Virus record (IMG/VR): IMGVR_UViG_3300012031_000010
Location: 6,511-70,510 of that record
Reading direction: 5' to 3' (one strand)
Origin: a virus
Taxonomy: Duplodnaviria; Caudoviricetes
DNA: 64,000 bases
Position 1 is the first letter of the stretch. Each line of letters begins with the position of its first letter. Shown piece after piece: positions 1 through 10,512 of the stretch. The position numbers and the translations under genes are program-made. Below the pieces are notes generated by a model. That model had not been told where the DNA came from and did not search any database. It saw only the letters and a list, made by a program, of their open reading frames with translations.

Positions 1-1062
1 GAAAACGGTAATATCAAGGGGGATAGAACTGGAACAGGAACACGTTCTGTATTTGGTAGAACCATACGACATAATATGCGAGAAGGGTTTCCTTTACTTA
101 CGACGAAAAAGATTTATACAAAAGTAATGGTTACCGAATTGAAATGGTTTCTCAAAGGAGATACGAACATTCAGTACTTGGTAAAGAACGGATGCAACAT
201 TTGGGTCGGAGATTGTTATAAGGTATACAAATCCAAGCGAGTACATCCCAAGATTGGGGATTATGAAAACTACAATGATTGTTATTGTGGTCATACGGAT
301 ACGTGTGATTGTGGGTATATGTCAATCGATCAGTTCACGGAAATGATTAAAATCGATGATGCATTTGCTAAAAAATGGGGGGAACTCGGTCCGGTTTATG
401 GTGCACAATGGCGAAAATGGGAAGGAAAAGTTACAAGTGATTATGATGATAGGGACAAGTGCTCATATGATACAACTCAATATTTCGACCAGATTAAAAA
501 TCTCCTTGGAACTTTAAAAACTAATCCCGATTCCCGTAGGATGATGGTAAGTGCATGGAATGTTGCCGAAGTTGATAACGTAGTACTGCCACCGTGTCAT
601 TACGGATTTCAAGTTTATACACGTGAACTAACGTATAAGGAACGATATGATTATTGGTTTTCTGCTAACTATGAAACTGGAATGGAATACTTTTTGGGTA
701 TCGAACCAAATTTTGATGATGATTATTATGAACCGACTCCCAAACGAGCAATATCATTATCATGGAATCAAAGATCAGTAGATACTCCATTGGGACTCCC
801 ATTTAACATTGCATCCTATGGGTTACTTTTAACTTTAATTGCACACGAGGTCAATATGATTCCAGAAGAACTAATCGGTAATCTAGGTGATACACATATA
901 TACCTGAACCAAATCGATGGAGTTAATAAACAGTTAAAACGAAATTCATTTGCACTTCCAAAAATAAAAGTTTCAAATGTTGATATATTAAACGGGGAAT
1001 TCGATTATGAAATTTCCAACTACAGACACGAACCCCACATCAAATTTCCATTATCGAATTGA
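1..1062 (+). CDS. thyA: Thymidylate synthase, 5' end outside the window
   Basis: Frame 1 is open from base 1 (ENGNIKGDRTGTGTRSVFGR). Motifs LGPVYGAQWR, SRRMMVSAWN, LPPCH, QRSVDTPLGLPFNIASY and GDTHIYLN. Carries a Cys-rich insertion. Confidence 0.97.
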   Translation, partial: ENGNIKGDRTGTGTRSVFGRTIRHNMREGFPLLTTKKIYTKVMVTELKWFLKGDTNIQYLVKNGCNIWVGDCYKVYKSKRVHPKIGDYENYNDCYCGHTDTCDCGYMSIDQFTEMIKIDDAFAKKWGELGPVYGAQWRKWEGKVTSDYDDRDKCSYDTTQYFDQIKNLLGTLKTNPDSRRMMVSAWNVAEVDNVVLPPCHYGFQVYTRELTYKERYDYWFSANYETGMEYFLGIEPNFDDDYYEPTPKRAISLSWNQRSVDTPLGLPFNIASYGLLLTLIAHEVNMIPEELIGNLGDTHIYLNQIDGVNKQLKRNSFALPKIKVSNVDILNGEFDYEISNYRHEPHIKFPLSN

Positions 1063-1063
1063 T

Positions 1064-2050
1064 ATGAATAAATACATAATATCGCTGATATTCATCTGTT
1101 GTAATTTCATGATGGGTCAATATTGGGATACATCGAACCACCCCGGAAGATTTAGGTTAATGGAATTCGAGACATATGAGTATTACGATAACACATTCTA
1201 CTATATAGAAAACTCTTCGGGTTCGGTAAACCTCGACGATGGACAGAATTGGAGTGGTTACCACTATCCATATAGACGGAAATCTTTATATTGGGGATCA
1301 AAGGTTACCGTTATGGATAAACTCATACAAGTGGGAGAACCGAAACTTGCTAATTACCTTACAGTGTTGGTGGATAGTCTTATAATAAAGAACGATGGAT
1401 TGGATTGGGGGGGGAATTGTCATGGATACACGGCAAGTAGTATGAACTACACCGAACCCCAAGAACGAATAATAGATGGTGTATTATTTACCCAACCGGA
1501 AATAAAATCATTGATGAATTATTATTATGATGATATAATGGGAGGATTGATTACAGATATAATTGGATCAAGATGTAAATCCGTTTCTCAACTTAGTTAT
1601 ACCGAGTCAATATTGAATCAAATATACAATGTAGAACTATGTAGGGGAATGAATCCCGCATCATTACACATTTCATTAAAACGATTAGTGGGAAACCACC
1701 GAGAACCGTTCGGTATGGATATGGATAATTCCGACCACGTGTGGAACGTCCCGGTAGTTGGATACACAAGTAGGACATTGGATTACCACAATGACAATAT
1801 ATACCACATAAAAACCGAAATAATTTATTTGGATTATCAGACACCGGACGAGGACACCGACACCATGGGCCGATCGGGCCAGAAATTCGGTAAAATGATT
1901 ATAGAATATACATTACACATTGATGACAACGGTAAAATTATAGGAGGGGATTGGATAAGTAATAAGTATCCTGATTTCATTTGGAGACATCCGAAAAAAT
2001 TTCCAATTCCATCTGGAAAATGGGAATTCTTAAATCGTCTTATAGATTAA
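1064..2050 (+). CDS. Secreted transglutaminase-elicitor-like (GP42-type) protein
   Basis: Likely start MNKYIISLIFICC (signal-like) just after the thyA stop. Motifs WGGNCHGY, VWNVPVVGY, GDWIS and YPDFIW resemble the Phytophthora GP42/TGase-elicitor family (recalled). Confidence 0.7.
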   Translation: MNKYIISLIFICCNFMMGQYWDTSNHPGRFRLMEFETYEYYDNTFYYIENSSGSVNLDDGQNWSGYHYPYRRKSLYWGSKVTVMDKLIQVGEPKLANYLTVLVDSLIIKNDGLDWGGNCHGYTASSMNYTEPQERIIDGVLFTQPEIKSLMNYYYDDIMGGLITDIIGSRCKSVSQLSYTESILNQIYNVELCRGMNPASLHISLKRLVGNHREPFGMDMDNSDHVWNVPVVGYTSRTLDYHNDNIYHIKTEIIYLDYQTPDEDTDTMGRSGQKFGKMIIEYTLHIDDNGKIIGGDWISNKYPDFIWRHPKKFPIPSGKWEFLNRLID

Positions 2051-2367
2051 TTTTACAATTATCAAATTAATAATATGAATCAATTGACACAAATAGAAAA
2101 AATATATGAGGGATGGGATGGGACACCGAACCACGCTCAAGTATGTATGCGATATATTAATTCTATACTACATAGCACGGATCCAACAATTTTTGAAGAT
2201 TTTACCAAAACAATCGAACCGTTCAACGAATAAATGAAAATAAGTTTTGTACAATCAAATATATTTCGTATATTTGATACTTAATAATTAATCCCGAATT
2301 CAACACGGGCAATAAATGTTGGAATTATATAACAAATAACAAATAGTGTTTAATTAAAATTAGTAAA

Positions 2368-4371
2368 ATGAAACAAAAGTTAATTTATGTGTTTATCAGT
2401 TTATTCTTCATTACATCGTGTAGTGTGGACAGATTACAAAATCCGATTATCATAGAGGGAATCGATGGATCATCAACGTTGGTAACCGTTACCAATTTAC
2501 CAATTGGAAGTCAATCGTGTCCATCGGGTGGAACTCAACTATCATTTGGTACTGACATCGATAACGATGGTGTAATAGATGAGGTTCAATCTTCTGCAAC
2601 GGTATGTAATGGGATCGATGGAAAAGATGGAAAAGATGGAACTTCGGTATTAGTGGAAGTGAACGCCATTCAACCAAGTAATGAATATCCAAATGGAGCT
2701 GTATCAGTTGCCACTGGTTATGATATCAACGGGGATGGAGTTTTAGACGAAATTGAAATTTCTGATATCGAAATTGTAGTAAACGGAACAAACGGAAATA
2801 CCGCTCTTATTAAAACTACGATAATCGATGAAAACGAAGAAATAAATGGGGTCGTATATAAAGAAGGCGGGTTTATTTTTGAATCAGGAATCGATACAGA
2901 TGGGAATGGTGTATTAGAACCCACTGAAATCACAAGTACCAACTATATCCGCAACGGAGAAAATGGATTTTCAATCGCGTATAGAGTAGAACAACTAGGA
3001 CCATCTGATGAATATCCTAATGGTGGAATCGAAGTGTTCTATGGATTGGATGTAGATGGAGATAAAGATTTGGGTATCGATGAACAAATTGATTCCTATA
3101 TAGTACAGAATGGTACTAATGGGTTAACTACATTATCAGATACAAATCCATATTTTGTAGATAATGAATTAGCAGGTGAAATGTTATTCTTTGGGGTAGA
3201 CACTAATAGTAATGGTGTATTAGATGAATCGGAAAGAACAAGTGAGACCATAATTTTAAATGGATTACCGGGAAATCCAGGTCCCGCGGGGGAAAACGGA
3301 TTGAACTCATTGATTTCTAGTATAGAAACGGAAAATGGTTTCGAGGTAAGTTCCGGATTGGATGATAATAGAAATGGTGTATTGGAAATCACTGAAATAG
3401 ATGATGTGTATATCGTTACTAATGGTACTAATGGTACTGATGGTACATCACCAACGGTGGAGTTAGAACAAGTACAAGGTGGTGTAAACATATCTACATA
3501 TACTATTATAAATGGTGAAACTATAAAGTTTGGGGATACCGTATTTGTATCAAACGGACGAGACGGAGACGATGGAACTAATGGAACTAATGGTGTAGAT
3601 GGAAATGATTGTGTTGATTGTTGTACGTTTACAACCATAACACCTGTTCCGCCTGGAAATGATTGTGTTGCTGGTGGTAAGAAGATTTCCATATACAAGG
3701 ATACCAACGGCGATAAAGTTTTAGATGGCAATGATGAACTAATTTCATTCGCATTTATTTGTAACCCACCTGAATGTTATGAGGTAGTTGCTGTTCCGAA
3801 TAATATTACATTCGATAATAACGGACTGGAACGTGGTGATATAGTATCATCTATATTCACGATAGGAAATACCGGAGGTGAGGTATTAATTAACGGATCT
3901 CGCGTCAACTTTACCGGAAACCAAGCAATGATATACGATGCAGATAACCCAAGTGGAAATGATGTAAATGATTTGGGTACAGTGGATTCCGGTAATCTAT
4001 TGATTATATCGGGAGATAACGATTCCAGTGATCCGGATGATAACCATCATGGTGGGATATTAACATTCGATTTTACTAGAATAAATAGTATTGTGAAATT
4101 GGAATCAATCGACTTGATAGATATTGAATATGAATCTGATTCAGTTGGTAGAAATAGAATTATAATTACCGAAAAGGGCAGTAATGTCGTTACTGAAATA
4201 GATATTGCATTTAACGGTACAGGTTTGGTTACAACATATCCCCTATCACAGTTTACGGATGTTGCCACAATGACTATAACTTTAGTTGAAAGTGGTGCGG
4301 TGGATAATTTGAAATTCAATTATAGTACTGTAAGAGATGTATGTAATCCATTTGGTAACGTACCCCAATAA
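2368..4371 (+). CDS. Repeat-rich outer-membrane lipoprotein (Cys/DxDxDG modules, short collagen-like stretches, C-terminal beta domain)
   Basis: Lipobox LFFITS-C, about 7 modules of the form G-x-D-x-D/N-x-D/N-G-V-L-D...NG, GxD triplets. Confidence 0.8.
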   Translation: MKQKLIYVFISLFFITSCSVDRLQNPIIIEGIDGSSTLVTVTNLPIGSQSCPSGGTQLSFGTDIDNDGVIDEVQSSATVCNGIDGKDGKDGTSVLVEVNAIQPSNEYPNGAVSVATGYDINGDGVLDEIEISDIEIVVNGTNGNTALIKTTIIDENEEINGVVYKEGGFIFESGIDTDGNGVLEPTEITSTNYIRNGENGFSIAYRVEQLGPSDEYPNGGIEVFYGLDVDGDKDLGIDEQIDSYIVQNGTNGLTTLSDTNPYFVDNELAGEMLFFGVDTNSNGVLDESERTSETIILNGLPGNPGPAGENGLNSLISSIETENGFEVSSGLDDNRNGVLEITEIDDVYIVTNGTNGTDGTSPTVELEQVQGGVNISTYTIINGETIKFGDTVFVSNGRDGDDGTNGTNGVDGNDCVDCCTFTTITPVPPGNDCVAGGKKISIYKDTNGDKVLDGNDELISFAFICNPPECYEVVAVPNNITFDNNGLERGDIVSSIFTIGNTGGEVLINGSRVNFTGNQAMIYDADNPSGNDVNDLGTVDSGNLLIISGDNDSSDPDDNHHGGILTFDFTRINSIVKLESIDLIDIEYESDSVGRNRIIITEKGSNVVTEIDIAFNGTGLVTTYPLSQFTDVATMTITLVESGAVDNLKFNYSTVRDVCNPFGNVPQ

Positions 4372-4403
4372 ATAATAAACAAATAAACTTAAAAATAAAA
4401 CAA

Positions 4404-5471
4404 ATGAAAAAAGTATTGATTTTAGTCATTTTAATGGTAATGCCCTTTGTAACTTTTGCACAGGGGGATTTTAATAAGTTCTCGATTGGGATTGAGACTG
4501 GGATGCACTCCGTGAGTGATCAATCCGCAATCGTAACGGATAACTACAACCACTTTGGTGCAGATGTTCGTTATAATATAAACGAATTGTTCGGTGTGGG
4601 AATACGTGGTGGGTACGATAATATCAACGTAAATACCATTCAGGGTAATCCAGTAAATTTAGACTATGGTAGAATTAATTTAGAAGCTACTATTAGTGTA
4701 TTCGAATTACTTAGATTACGCCATAAGTACATCAACCTACTTGTACACGGTGGCCCTGGTGTCGCATTCATCCGTACCGATAATGGGTACAGTGAAAACC
4801 CTATGAACGTTGCTGGTGGGATAACTGCTTTAGTTAAGTTATCACGTTCACTTGCGTTTAAAGTTGATTACACCTCATCTATACACCTATCACAAGATAG
4901 AACATTGGATGGTTTCACGGATATCACAAACGCAGGGATTAATTCCGTGGTGGATAATCTTTCCGCTGGTTTAGTTTTCTACATCGGTAAGAAGGATAAA
5001 AACGGAAACAAACGACAACACGCTGATTGGTATGTGACTCCTACAGTAGAACCCGTTGTTCCGGTAATAAACAACATCACACAAGTTACAGAAGTTCGTG
5101 AGATAATCAAGACGGAAGTTGCTAAGAAAGAGTTTAGGGAGTTCGTATTTTTCAATCACGATGAATATGATATAACTAATGAGAGTGATTACGTGAAACC
5201 ATCACAGAACGCAATCTATAAAGCAAAATCATTCTTGATCGAAAACCCGGAAAGTAAATTGGTAATAACATCCTATGCATCCGCGACCAAAAGTACTAGT
5301 GAGTATAATCAAACCTTATCACAAAAAAGAGGTGATGATGTTAAAAACAAATTAGTATCAATGGGAATTTCTTCCGACCGAATTAGAGTTGTTGCAAACG
5401 GTAAGGATTTAAACTACTCAAATGAATTGGTACATGATATGGCCAGACGAGTTGAATTGACTATCGAATAA
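4404..5471 (+). CDS. ompA: OmpA-family outer-membrane protein (beta-barrel plus peptidoglycan-binding C-domain)
   Basis: Signal peptide ending FAQ, amphipathic strands ending FYIG, C-domain motifs VFFNHDEY, YNQTLSQKRGDDVK and RRVELTI. Confidence 0.9.
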   Translation: MKKVLILVILMVMPFVTFAQGDFNKFSIGIETGMHSVSDQSAIVTDNYNHFGADVRYNINELFGVGIRGGYDNINVNTIQGNPVNLDYGRINLEATISVFELLRLRHKYINLLVHGGPGVAFIRTDNGYSENPMNVAGGITALVKLSRSLAFKVDYTSSIHLSQDRTLDGFTDITNAGINSVVDNLSAGLVFYIGKKDKNGNKRQHADWYVTPTVEPVVPVINNITQVTEVREIIKTEVAKKEFREFVFFNHDEYDITNESDYVKPSQNAIYKAKSFLIENPESKLVITSYASATKSTSEYNQTLSQKRGDDVKNKLVSMGISSDRIRVVANGKDLNYSNELVHDMARRVELTIE

Positions 5472-5493
5472 CCAAATCACATTCAATGATATT

Positions 5494-5520
5494 AAAACCC
5501 GTACTATGTATGGGTTTTTT
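5494..5520 (+). terminator. Intrinsic terminator after the lipoprotein-ompA operon
   Basis: AAAACCCGTAC-TAT-GTATGGGTTTT stem followed by a T-tract. Confidence 0.85.
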
Positions 5521-5530
5521 TATTTTAATA

Positions 5531-5580
5531 ACTTTAACATATTAAATTTTGATATACTGAATCAATTCACTATATTTGTA
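5531..5580 (+). promoter_or_regulatory. Repeated early/middle promoter: TTTAACATATTAAATT box, TTTG, then TAnnTTTG-like -7 box (representative copy)
   Basis: Similar copies at about 8030, 12441, 12792, 17225, 17372, 23901, 29128, 29766, 34519, 34891 and 35204. The downstream part matches the Bacteroidota -33 TTTG / -7 TAnnTTTG consensus. Confidence 0.75.
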
Positions 5581-5605
5581 TATAATGATTAAAGAGATAG
5601 AAATT

Positions 5606-5773
5606 ATGGAAACCTTACAAGACGTTTATTTATCACAAGAAGCATTTGACAAAGACCTTGATGAATATCTAACTATAATTACTTACCCGAGTAAAATAAA
5701 TCCTTTCTATGTTTGTGAACATATATCAGCTGCACTTTACAGAAGGAAAGTAAATATTTACGTAAATAAATAA
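5606..5773 (+). CDS. Small hypothetical protein
   Basis: ATG follows the repeated leader AAAGAGATAGAAATT-ATG downstream of a promoter. Confidence 0.6.
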   Translation: METLQDVYLSQEAFDKDLDEYLTIITYPSKINPFYVCEHISAALYRRKVNIYVNK

Positions 5774-5986
5774 GAAATGAAAGATTTATACAAGTTAATA
5801 CAAGATTCAGTACCACATAGAATAGTTAAACTATTATATTATTGTGAATCTGTTAATGACTATTCAGACGAGAATATGACTAAATGGTTAACAAATAATG
5901 AAAATTTAAATATTTAACATTTTATATTAGGAATTGATAAATTCATTTCGTACATTAGTAAGGTAATAAGAAAAGAGGTAGAAATT

Positions 5987-6196
5987 ATGAAAAATGTTGA
6001 TTTTAAAAACACAAATCCCACTGATGTAAATAGTGTTTTAGTTTCCGGTAATGTCATGGTTCTAAAATCACCGGTTTCAGAAAGATATTGCAAGGTAGGT
6101 GATACTGCCACATTAGATTTAAAAAATAAACAAATTAGATGTAGTGGTGCTTGGTTCGGATTTGATAAACGTTGGGCAGTCCAGAATTGTCAATAA
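5987..6196 (+). CDS. Small hypothetical protein
   Basis: Promoter plus AGAGGTAGAAATT-ATG leader. Confidence 0.65.
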   Translation: MKNVDFKNTNPTDVNSVLVSGNVMVLKSPVSERYCKVGDTATLDLKNKQIRCSGAWFGFDKRWAVQNCQ

Positions 6197-6324
6197 CAAT
6201 TACAGACACACATAGTTCTAATACAAAACATTATATTTATATCGGTTTTAGGAATAATAATAGGGATACTAGCAGCGTATGGTTTTATGTGTAGTTGTGG
6301 AATAACAGATAAAAATAATATATA

Positions 6325-6639
6325 ATGATAGAAGATAGACAATCCTTAATAAATAAGTTTCAAAAAATAATGGATACGAATATGAGTCCACAAATAATCG
6401 CAGCAGAATGTGCTAACATTACAGAAAAGTACGCCGATCGATTACGTGTGAACGATGTTAGTGATTCTACACGCACGTTGTCGATTAAATTTGCACAAGC
6501 TTTGCTTATGGATTTTGAAATGAGTACAAAGGGGGACGGTCAAACACTATGTTGGAAATTGTGCGGTACATCAAATTGTCTTACCACAGAAGAAACTTTT
6601 GATAGATTCATTGAAGAAATTACATCTAATGATTCCTAA
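6325..6639 (+). CDS. Hypothetical protein
   Basis: 104 aa ORF in the same orientation as its neighbours. Confidence 0.6.
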   Translation: MIEDRQSLINKFQKIMDTNMSPQIIAAECANITEKYADRLRVNDVSDSTRTLSIKFAQALLMDFEMSTKGDGQTLCWKLCGTSNCLTTEETFDRFIEEITSNDS

Positions 6640-7350
6640 CACATTGTATTATATGGTAGTAAAATGTAGTATCACCCACATCATCTAGGATAATGTTAGT
6701 ATCCGTTAATTACTAACTATCAAATTATAACAAGACCTATTTAGGCACTTTTAAAATCATGGAAGGATTACAAACAATACATAAAAATGGACAACCTTAC
6801 GGAATAAGAGATAAAGGTGGATATTTATTATTTTTCCCTAAAGTATTTAAATACGATGGACAGGAAGATCGGTATGTGACAGAAATAAAAGGGGTATTTG
6901 ATTTATCCGAAAAAATAATAATGGCACTAAAGTAATAATTTTATCACGCACAAATCTTGGGTTATGAATTGAAGCCTTAACATAAAGTTAAATTCACACA
7001 ATAACCTTAATGAGGGCTCCAATTTATAGCCTTTGTTGTATAATTAAAAAATTATGGAATTTGAAAGAACAATAGATTCATTAGACGCCGAAATTGATAG
7101 TTTAAAGGATGCATATCACCAAGAAACAATCTCGGATAGAAAAACAGTTTACAGTTCGATGATATTAGAGACACTACACGCGAAAAGGAAATTAAAACAA
7201 TAATTTTTATTACTTAGAACATTTAGTATATGAACGGGGTGGAATGTAAAAACGTAACTTTGGGTTTGGAAATTACCAGAGTCTAATGTCGAAGACAAAA
7301 GTACAGCGACATAACTCGCCCTGTTTTATATACTTTTAAATTTAAAAACG

Positions 7351-7734
7351 ATGAACTTATACAAAATTACATTTTCACACACAGCACCAAAGAGCAGCAA
7401 AGAAGGAATAGAGTGTTATTTACTTGCCGAGAATGACGAACAAGTTTACAACTATGTAGATAAATCTTTTAATTATGAATGTTGGAAGGATGATGATGAA
7501 GATAAAGATAGAGAGCCTATTGAATTATATGATGATGACTATAATGTGATAGGTACTGAAACATTTAAGGAGAAAATGTTAAGAATTAAAGGTGAACAGA
7601 ATGATGAAGATTATGATTACAGTGATGCTTATTATGGAATAACCCTTTATGGTTGGGAATTAGTTAAAGAAAATGTAGACGGTAATTATACTGAAATGGT
7701 TGAATTGGGTATCATCTCTAATTACACACAATGA
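7351..7734 (+). CDS. Acidic hypothetical protein
   Basis: 127 aa ORF with an A-rich start context. Confidence 0.75.
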   Translation: MNLYKITFSHTAPKSSKEGIECYLLAENDEQVYNYVDKSFNYECWKDDDEDKDREPIELYDDDYNVIGTETFKEKMLRIKGEQNDEDYDYSDAYYGITLYGWELVKENVDGNYTEMVELGIISNYTQ

Positions 7735-7755
7735 AAATCATAACAATAGTATATC

Positions 7756-8010
7756 ATGAAGATAAAGGATAGATTAAAAGAACTGGACTTTGAACCAAAA
7801 AGTAAACAATTGAATACACAAGATCTTAAAGCATTATTATACACCGTTAGACGTAGTGTTTTGTTTTGTTGGCACGATTGGATCTATTGGAAATTCGGTG
7901 TTGCTACAAAACTACATAGAGTATGTAAAAAGTGCCTAAAAAAACAACAAGATATTCAGGTAGTCCCAAAACATAAAAGTAAGTGGACCAAGGAACGACA
8001 TTACGAATAA
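7756..8010 (+). CDS. Hypothetical protein with a C-x-H / CxxC motif
   Basis: FCWHDW and RVCKKC motifs. Confidence 0.55.
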   Translation: MKIKDRLKELDFEPKSKQLNTQDLKALLYTVRRSVLFCWHDWIYWKFGVATKLHRVCKKCLKKQQDIQVVPKHKSKWTKERHYE

Positions 8011-8525
8011 CAATCGAACATCATTAAACTTTAACATATTAAATTAGGATTTGTAAATTATTATTCGTATATTAGACTTTATTTAATAAACAGATACAGA
8101 TGTATAGAATATTAGAAACTAATACAACGGATAATTTAGAACAAATCATTTGTCCGAACGGAACTAGGGAACAAGTTGAAATCCGCATCAATACAATGAA
8201 CAAATTCAACAAAGCTTTCGGTATCAAAAATAGAAAATACAAACCAATTAAAGTATCCCAATGAAAGTAATCGAAAACAAGTTTAGAGGTATTAAAATTA
8301 TCCAAGATGAAACGGAAACCATTGTAGAAATAAAAACACCGTATTCAGAATCTTCGGTTTTCTATAATCCATTATCAAAATAAGTATGAGTGATTCGGTA
8401 AAAAAATACGAAGAAATGTTAGAAGATGGACATATCACTGTAAAGAAAGGTTTTTTCATTCCCAAATCTTTGGAACAAAGATTAGTGGAGCTTGAAAGTA
8501 GTGAATCAAATAACAACAAATAAAT

Positions 8526-8816
8526 ATGAAAGGAATAAAGGTAATTATAATATCAATACTTATACTCATATTATTCTCATCATGTGCAGACACTGTACCG
8601 TATGAGGTATTAATAGATGATTCCCCCTATGGGTTCTTCGGTGGATTGTGGCATGGGATATGTGTCCCTATATCTTTCTTTGGTAGTATATTTTTTGATG
8701 ATATCGCAATGTATGTAATCAACAACAACGGAGGTTGGTATGACTTCGGTTTCTTTTTAGGCATAGGTGGGTTATCAAGTATAATCAGAACATCAATTAA
8801 TCTATCAAACTCATAA
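8526..8816 (+). CDS. Small lipoprotein/membrane protein
   Basis: Lipobox LFSS-C and hydrophobic Gly-rich segments GFFGGLWHG and GWYDFGFFLG. Confidence 0.75.
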   Translation: MKGIKVIIISILILILFSSCADTVPYEVLIDDSPYGFFGGLWHGICVPISFFGSIFFDDIAMYVINNNGGWYDFGFFLGIGGLSSIIRTSINLSNS

Positions 8817-8874
8817 TTAAAATTATAAATAATTTATAAGTTTATATATATATATATGTTATAGATATAAACGT

Positions 8875-9861
8875 ATGAGTATGAAAAAATTATTGAAAAT
8901 TGTTAGCATCATTTTAACAATAATTGTTGTTATTATTGCTTGTTATCCGGAAGATGGATTGGATGGATTGGATGGGTCAGATGGATTAAGTTGTTGGGAT
9001 TTAAACAGCAATGGTATTGCTGATGTGTCGGAGGATACGAACGGTGATGGTCGTTTTGATGCATTGGATTGTAAGGGTAAAGATGGGGAAGATGGTTTTT
9101 CTATTGTTACAAAGATAACATCAGGAGATTGTGGATTAAATGGCGGTTATACAATATCATTTGCATTGGACACCAATAGGGATGGAATTTTAAATGAAAA
9201 TGAATCTATATTAAACACTATAGTAGTTTGTAACAATGTAGATGGAATTAATACAATATTTGAAACAATACCAATACTATCAGATGATTTGGGCCAATGT
9301 ACCAGTGGTAACGGGGGTTGGTTTATTTGGAGTGGATTGGATGTAAATCGGGATAACGTATTACAAGAAAACGAGCGAACTAATGCATTTACCGTATGTA
9401 ATGGAACAGATGGAACAGATGGAACAGATGGAACAGATGGAACAGATGGAACAGATGGTGTAGATGGAACAGATGGTGTAGATGGTGTAGATGGAACAGA
9501 TGGTGTAAATAACACTCCACCGAACTATTTCGTCTATCGAAAATTAACAAATGGCAACGCTTGTGGTGGAACAGGTCCCACGGGGCCAAGAGGTGTAACT
9601 GTGGAGGTATATGATGATGTCGATGGAAATGGATTACTGGATCAAGATATCGATTTTTTCTTGGAAGAATTTGCTATTTGTATGGGAATGACCGTACAAC
9701 AGGCAGTTGATGTTGGAAACGAATTGGATAATTATTTTGATATTGATGTAAATATTACAGAGGGAAATGAGGTGTGTCCAGAGGCACCAAATGCATCAAG
9801 TGTGGTTGTCATGATGGAGGGAATTGAATTGATTAGTTTTAATATCTGTCCTGCACCATAA
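8875..9861 (+). CDS. Second repeat lipoprotein, paralogous in module type to 2368-4371, with a collagen-like GTD run
   Basis: Lipobox IIA-C, modules C..GG...D.N.D..L...VCN, and a (GTD/GVD)n tract. Confidence 0.8.
   Translation: MSMKKLLKIVSIILTIIVVIIACYPEDGLDGLDGSDGLSCWDLNSNGIADVSEDTNGDGRFDALDCKGKDGEDGFSIVTKITSGDCGLNGGYTISFALDTNRDGILNENESILNTIVVCNNVDGINTIFETIPILSDDLGQCTSGNGGWFIWSGLDVNRDNVLQENERTNAFTVCNGTDGTDGTDGTDGTDGTDGVDGTDGVDGVDGTDGVNNTPPNYFVYRKLTNGNACGGTGPTGPRGVTVEVYDDVDGNGLLDQDIDFFLEEFAICMGMTVQQAVDVGNELDNYFDIDVNITEGNEVCPEAPNASSVVVMMEGIELISFNICPAP
9401..9508 (+). repeat. 9-bp coding tandem repeat (ATGGAACAG/ATGGTGTAG), about 12 units
   Basis: Directly visible; encodes a Gly-Thr/Val-Asp triplet repeat. 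Confidence 0.95.
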
Positions 9862-10067
9862 ATAAAATAAAGTAAAATTATGAATATCATATCAACGAAC
9901 ACAAATTCAATGTATCATGAAATCACCCATTATAGAAATTATAGAGATGGAAGAACAGTTAACATCCATGTTCGACAGTGATCAGAGAATCGGGTTAGCA
10001 ATAGTAGATTTTATCAGAGAAAACAAATCATACTGGAAGAAACTAGAAAAATAAATTTAATTATAAT

Positions 10068-10418
10068 ATGTATTCAGGTATATTTTTAGATAATAAATCA
10101 AAATCAATTTTATCTACCAAGATAGATGTTCCGAATGGTTGGAAGCAGTTCGGTGATCACATGACAATTAAAATGGGTGGACTACCAGTCGATCTACAAC
10201 CACTAAAGGGTAAGGAATTTACATTGACAATAGTTGGTATAGGTGTATCCGAAACTAATATAGCATTTCGTGTAAAGAGTAAGCTATCAACTAATAAGAT
10301 TCCCCACATTACATGGGCGGTTGATATGAATAACGCCAAACCGTTTGATTCAAATAAAATTACGAAGTGGAATACGATATCACCATTTGAAGTTAAGGGA
10401 ATATTATCAGAAAAATGA
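10068..10418 (+). CDS. 2H phosphoesterase (RNA-repair/tRNA-ligase phosphodiesterase-like)
   Basis: Two HxT motifs: DHMTI and PHITW. Confidence 0.75.
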   Translation: MYSGIFLDNKSKSILSTKIDVPNGWKQFGDHMTIKMGGLPVDLQPLKGKEFTLTIVGIGVSETNIAFRVKSKLSTNKIPHITWAVDMNNAKPFDSNKITKWNTISPFEVKGILSEK

Positions 10419-10512
10419 ATAGATTACATTCATACTAATTTTAATATTTGGAATTTGATTATATTTATATTAGTGGGGTAAATTACCCTATTTATATTAA
10501 AGATATAATACT

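Noticed and set aside
1-1062. Self-splicing intron in thyA, as in T4 td
   Set aside because: The frame is continuous and the conserved motifs are in order; the insertions are in-frame peptide.
9389-9589. His/Leu-rich minus-strand ORF, and other minus-strand ORFs such as 3096-3731, 9147-9515 and 53666-54172
   Set aside because: Antisense shadows of well-supported plus-strand genes. The His/Leu pattern is the reverse reading of the 9-bp repeat.
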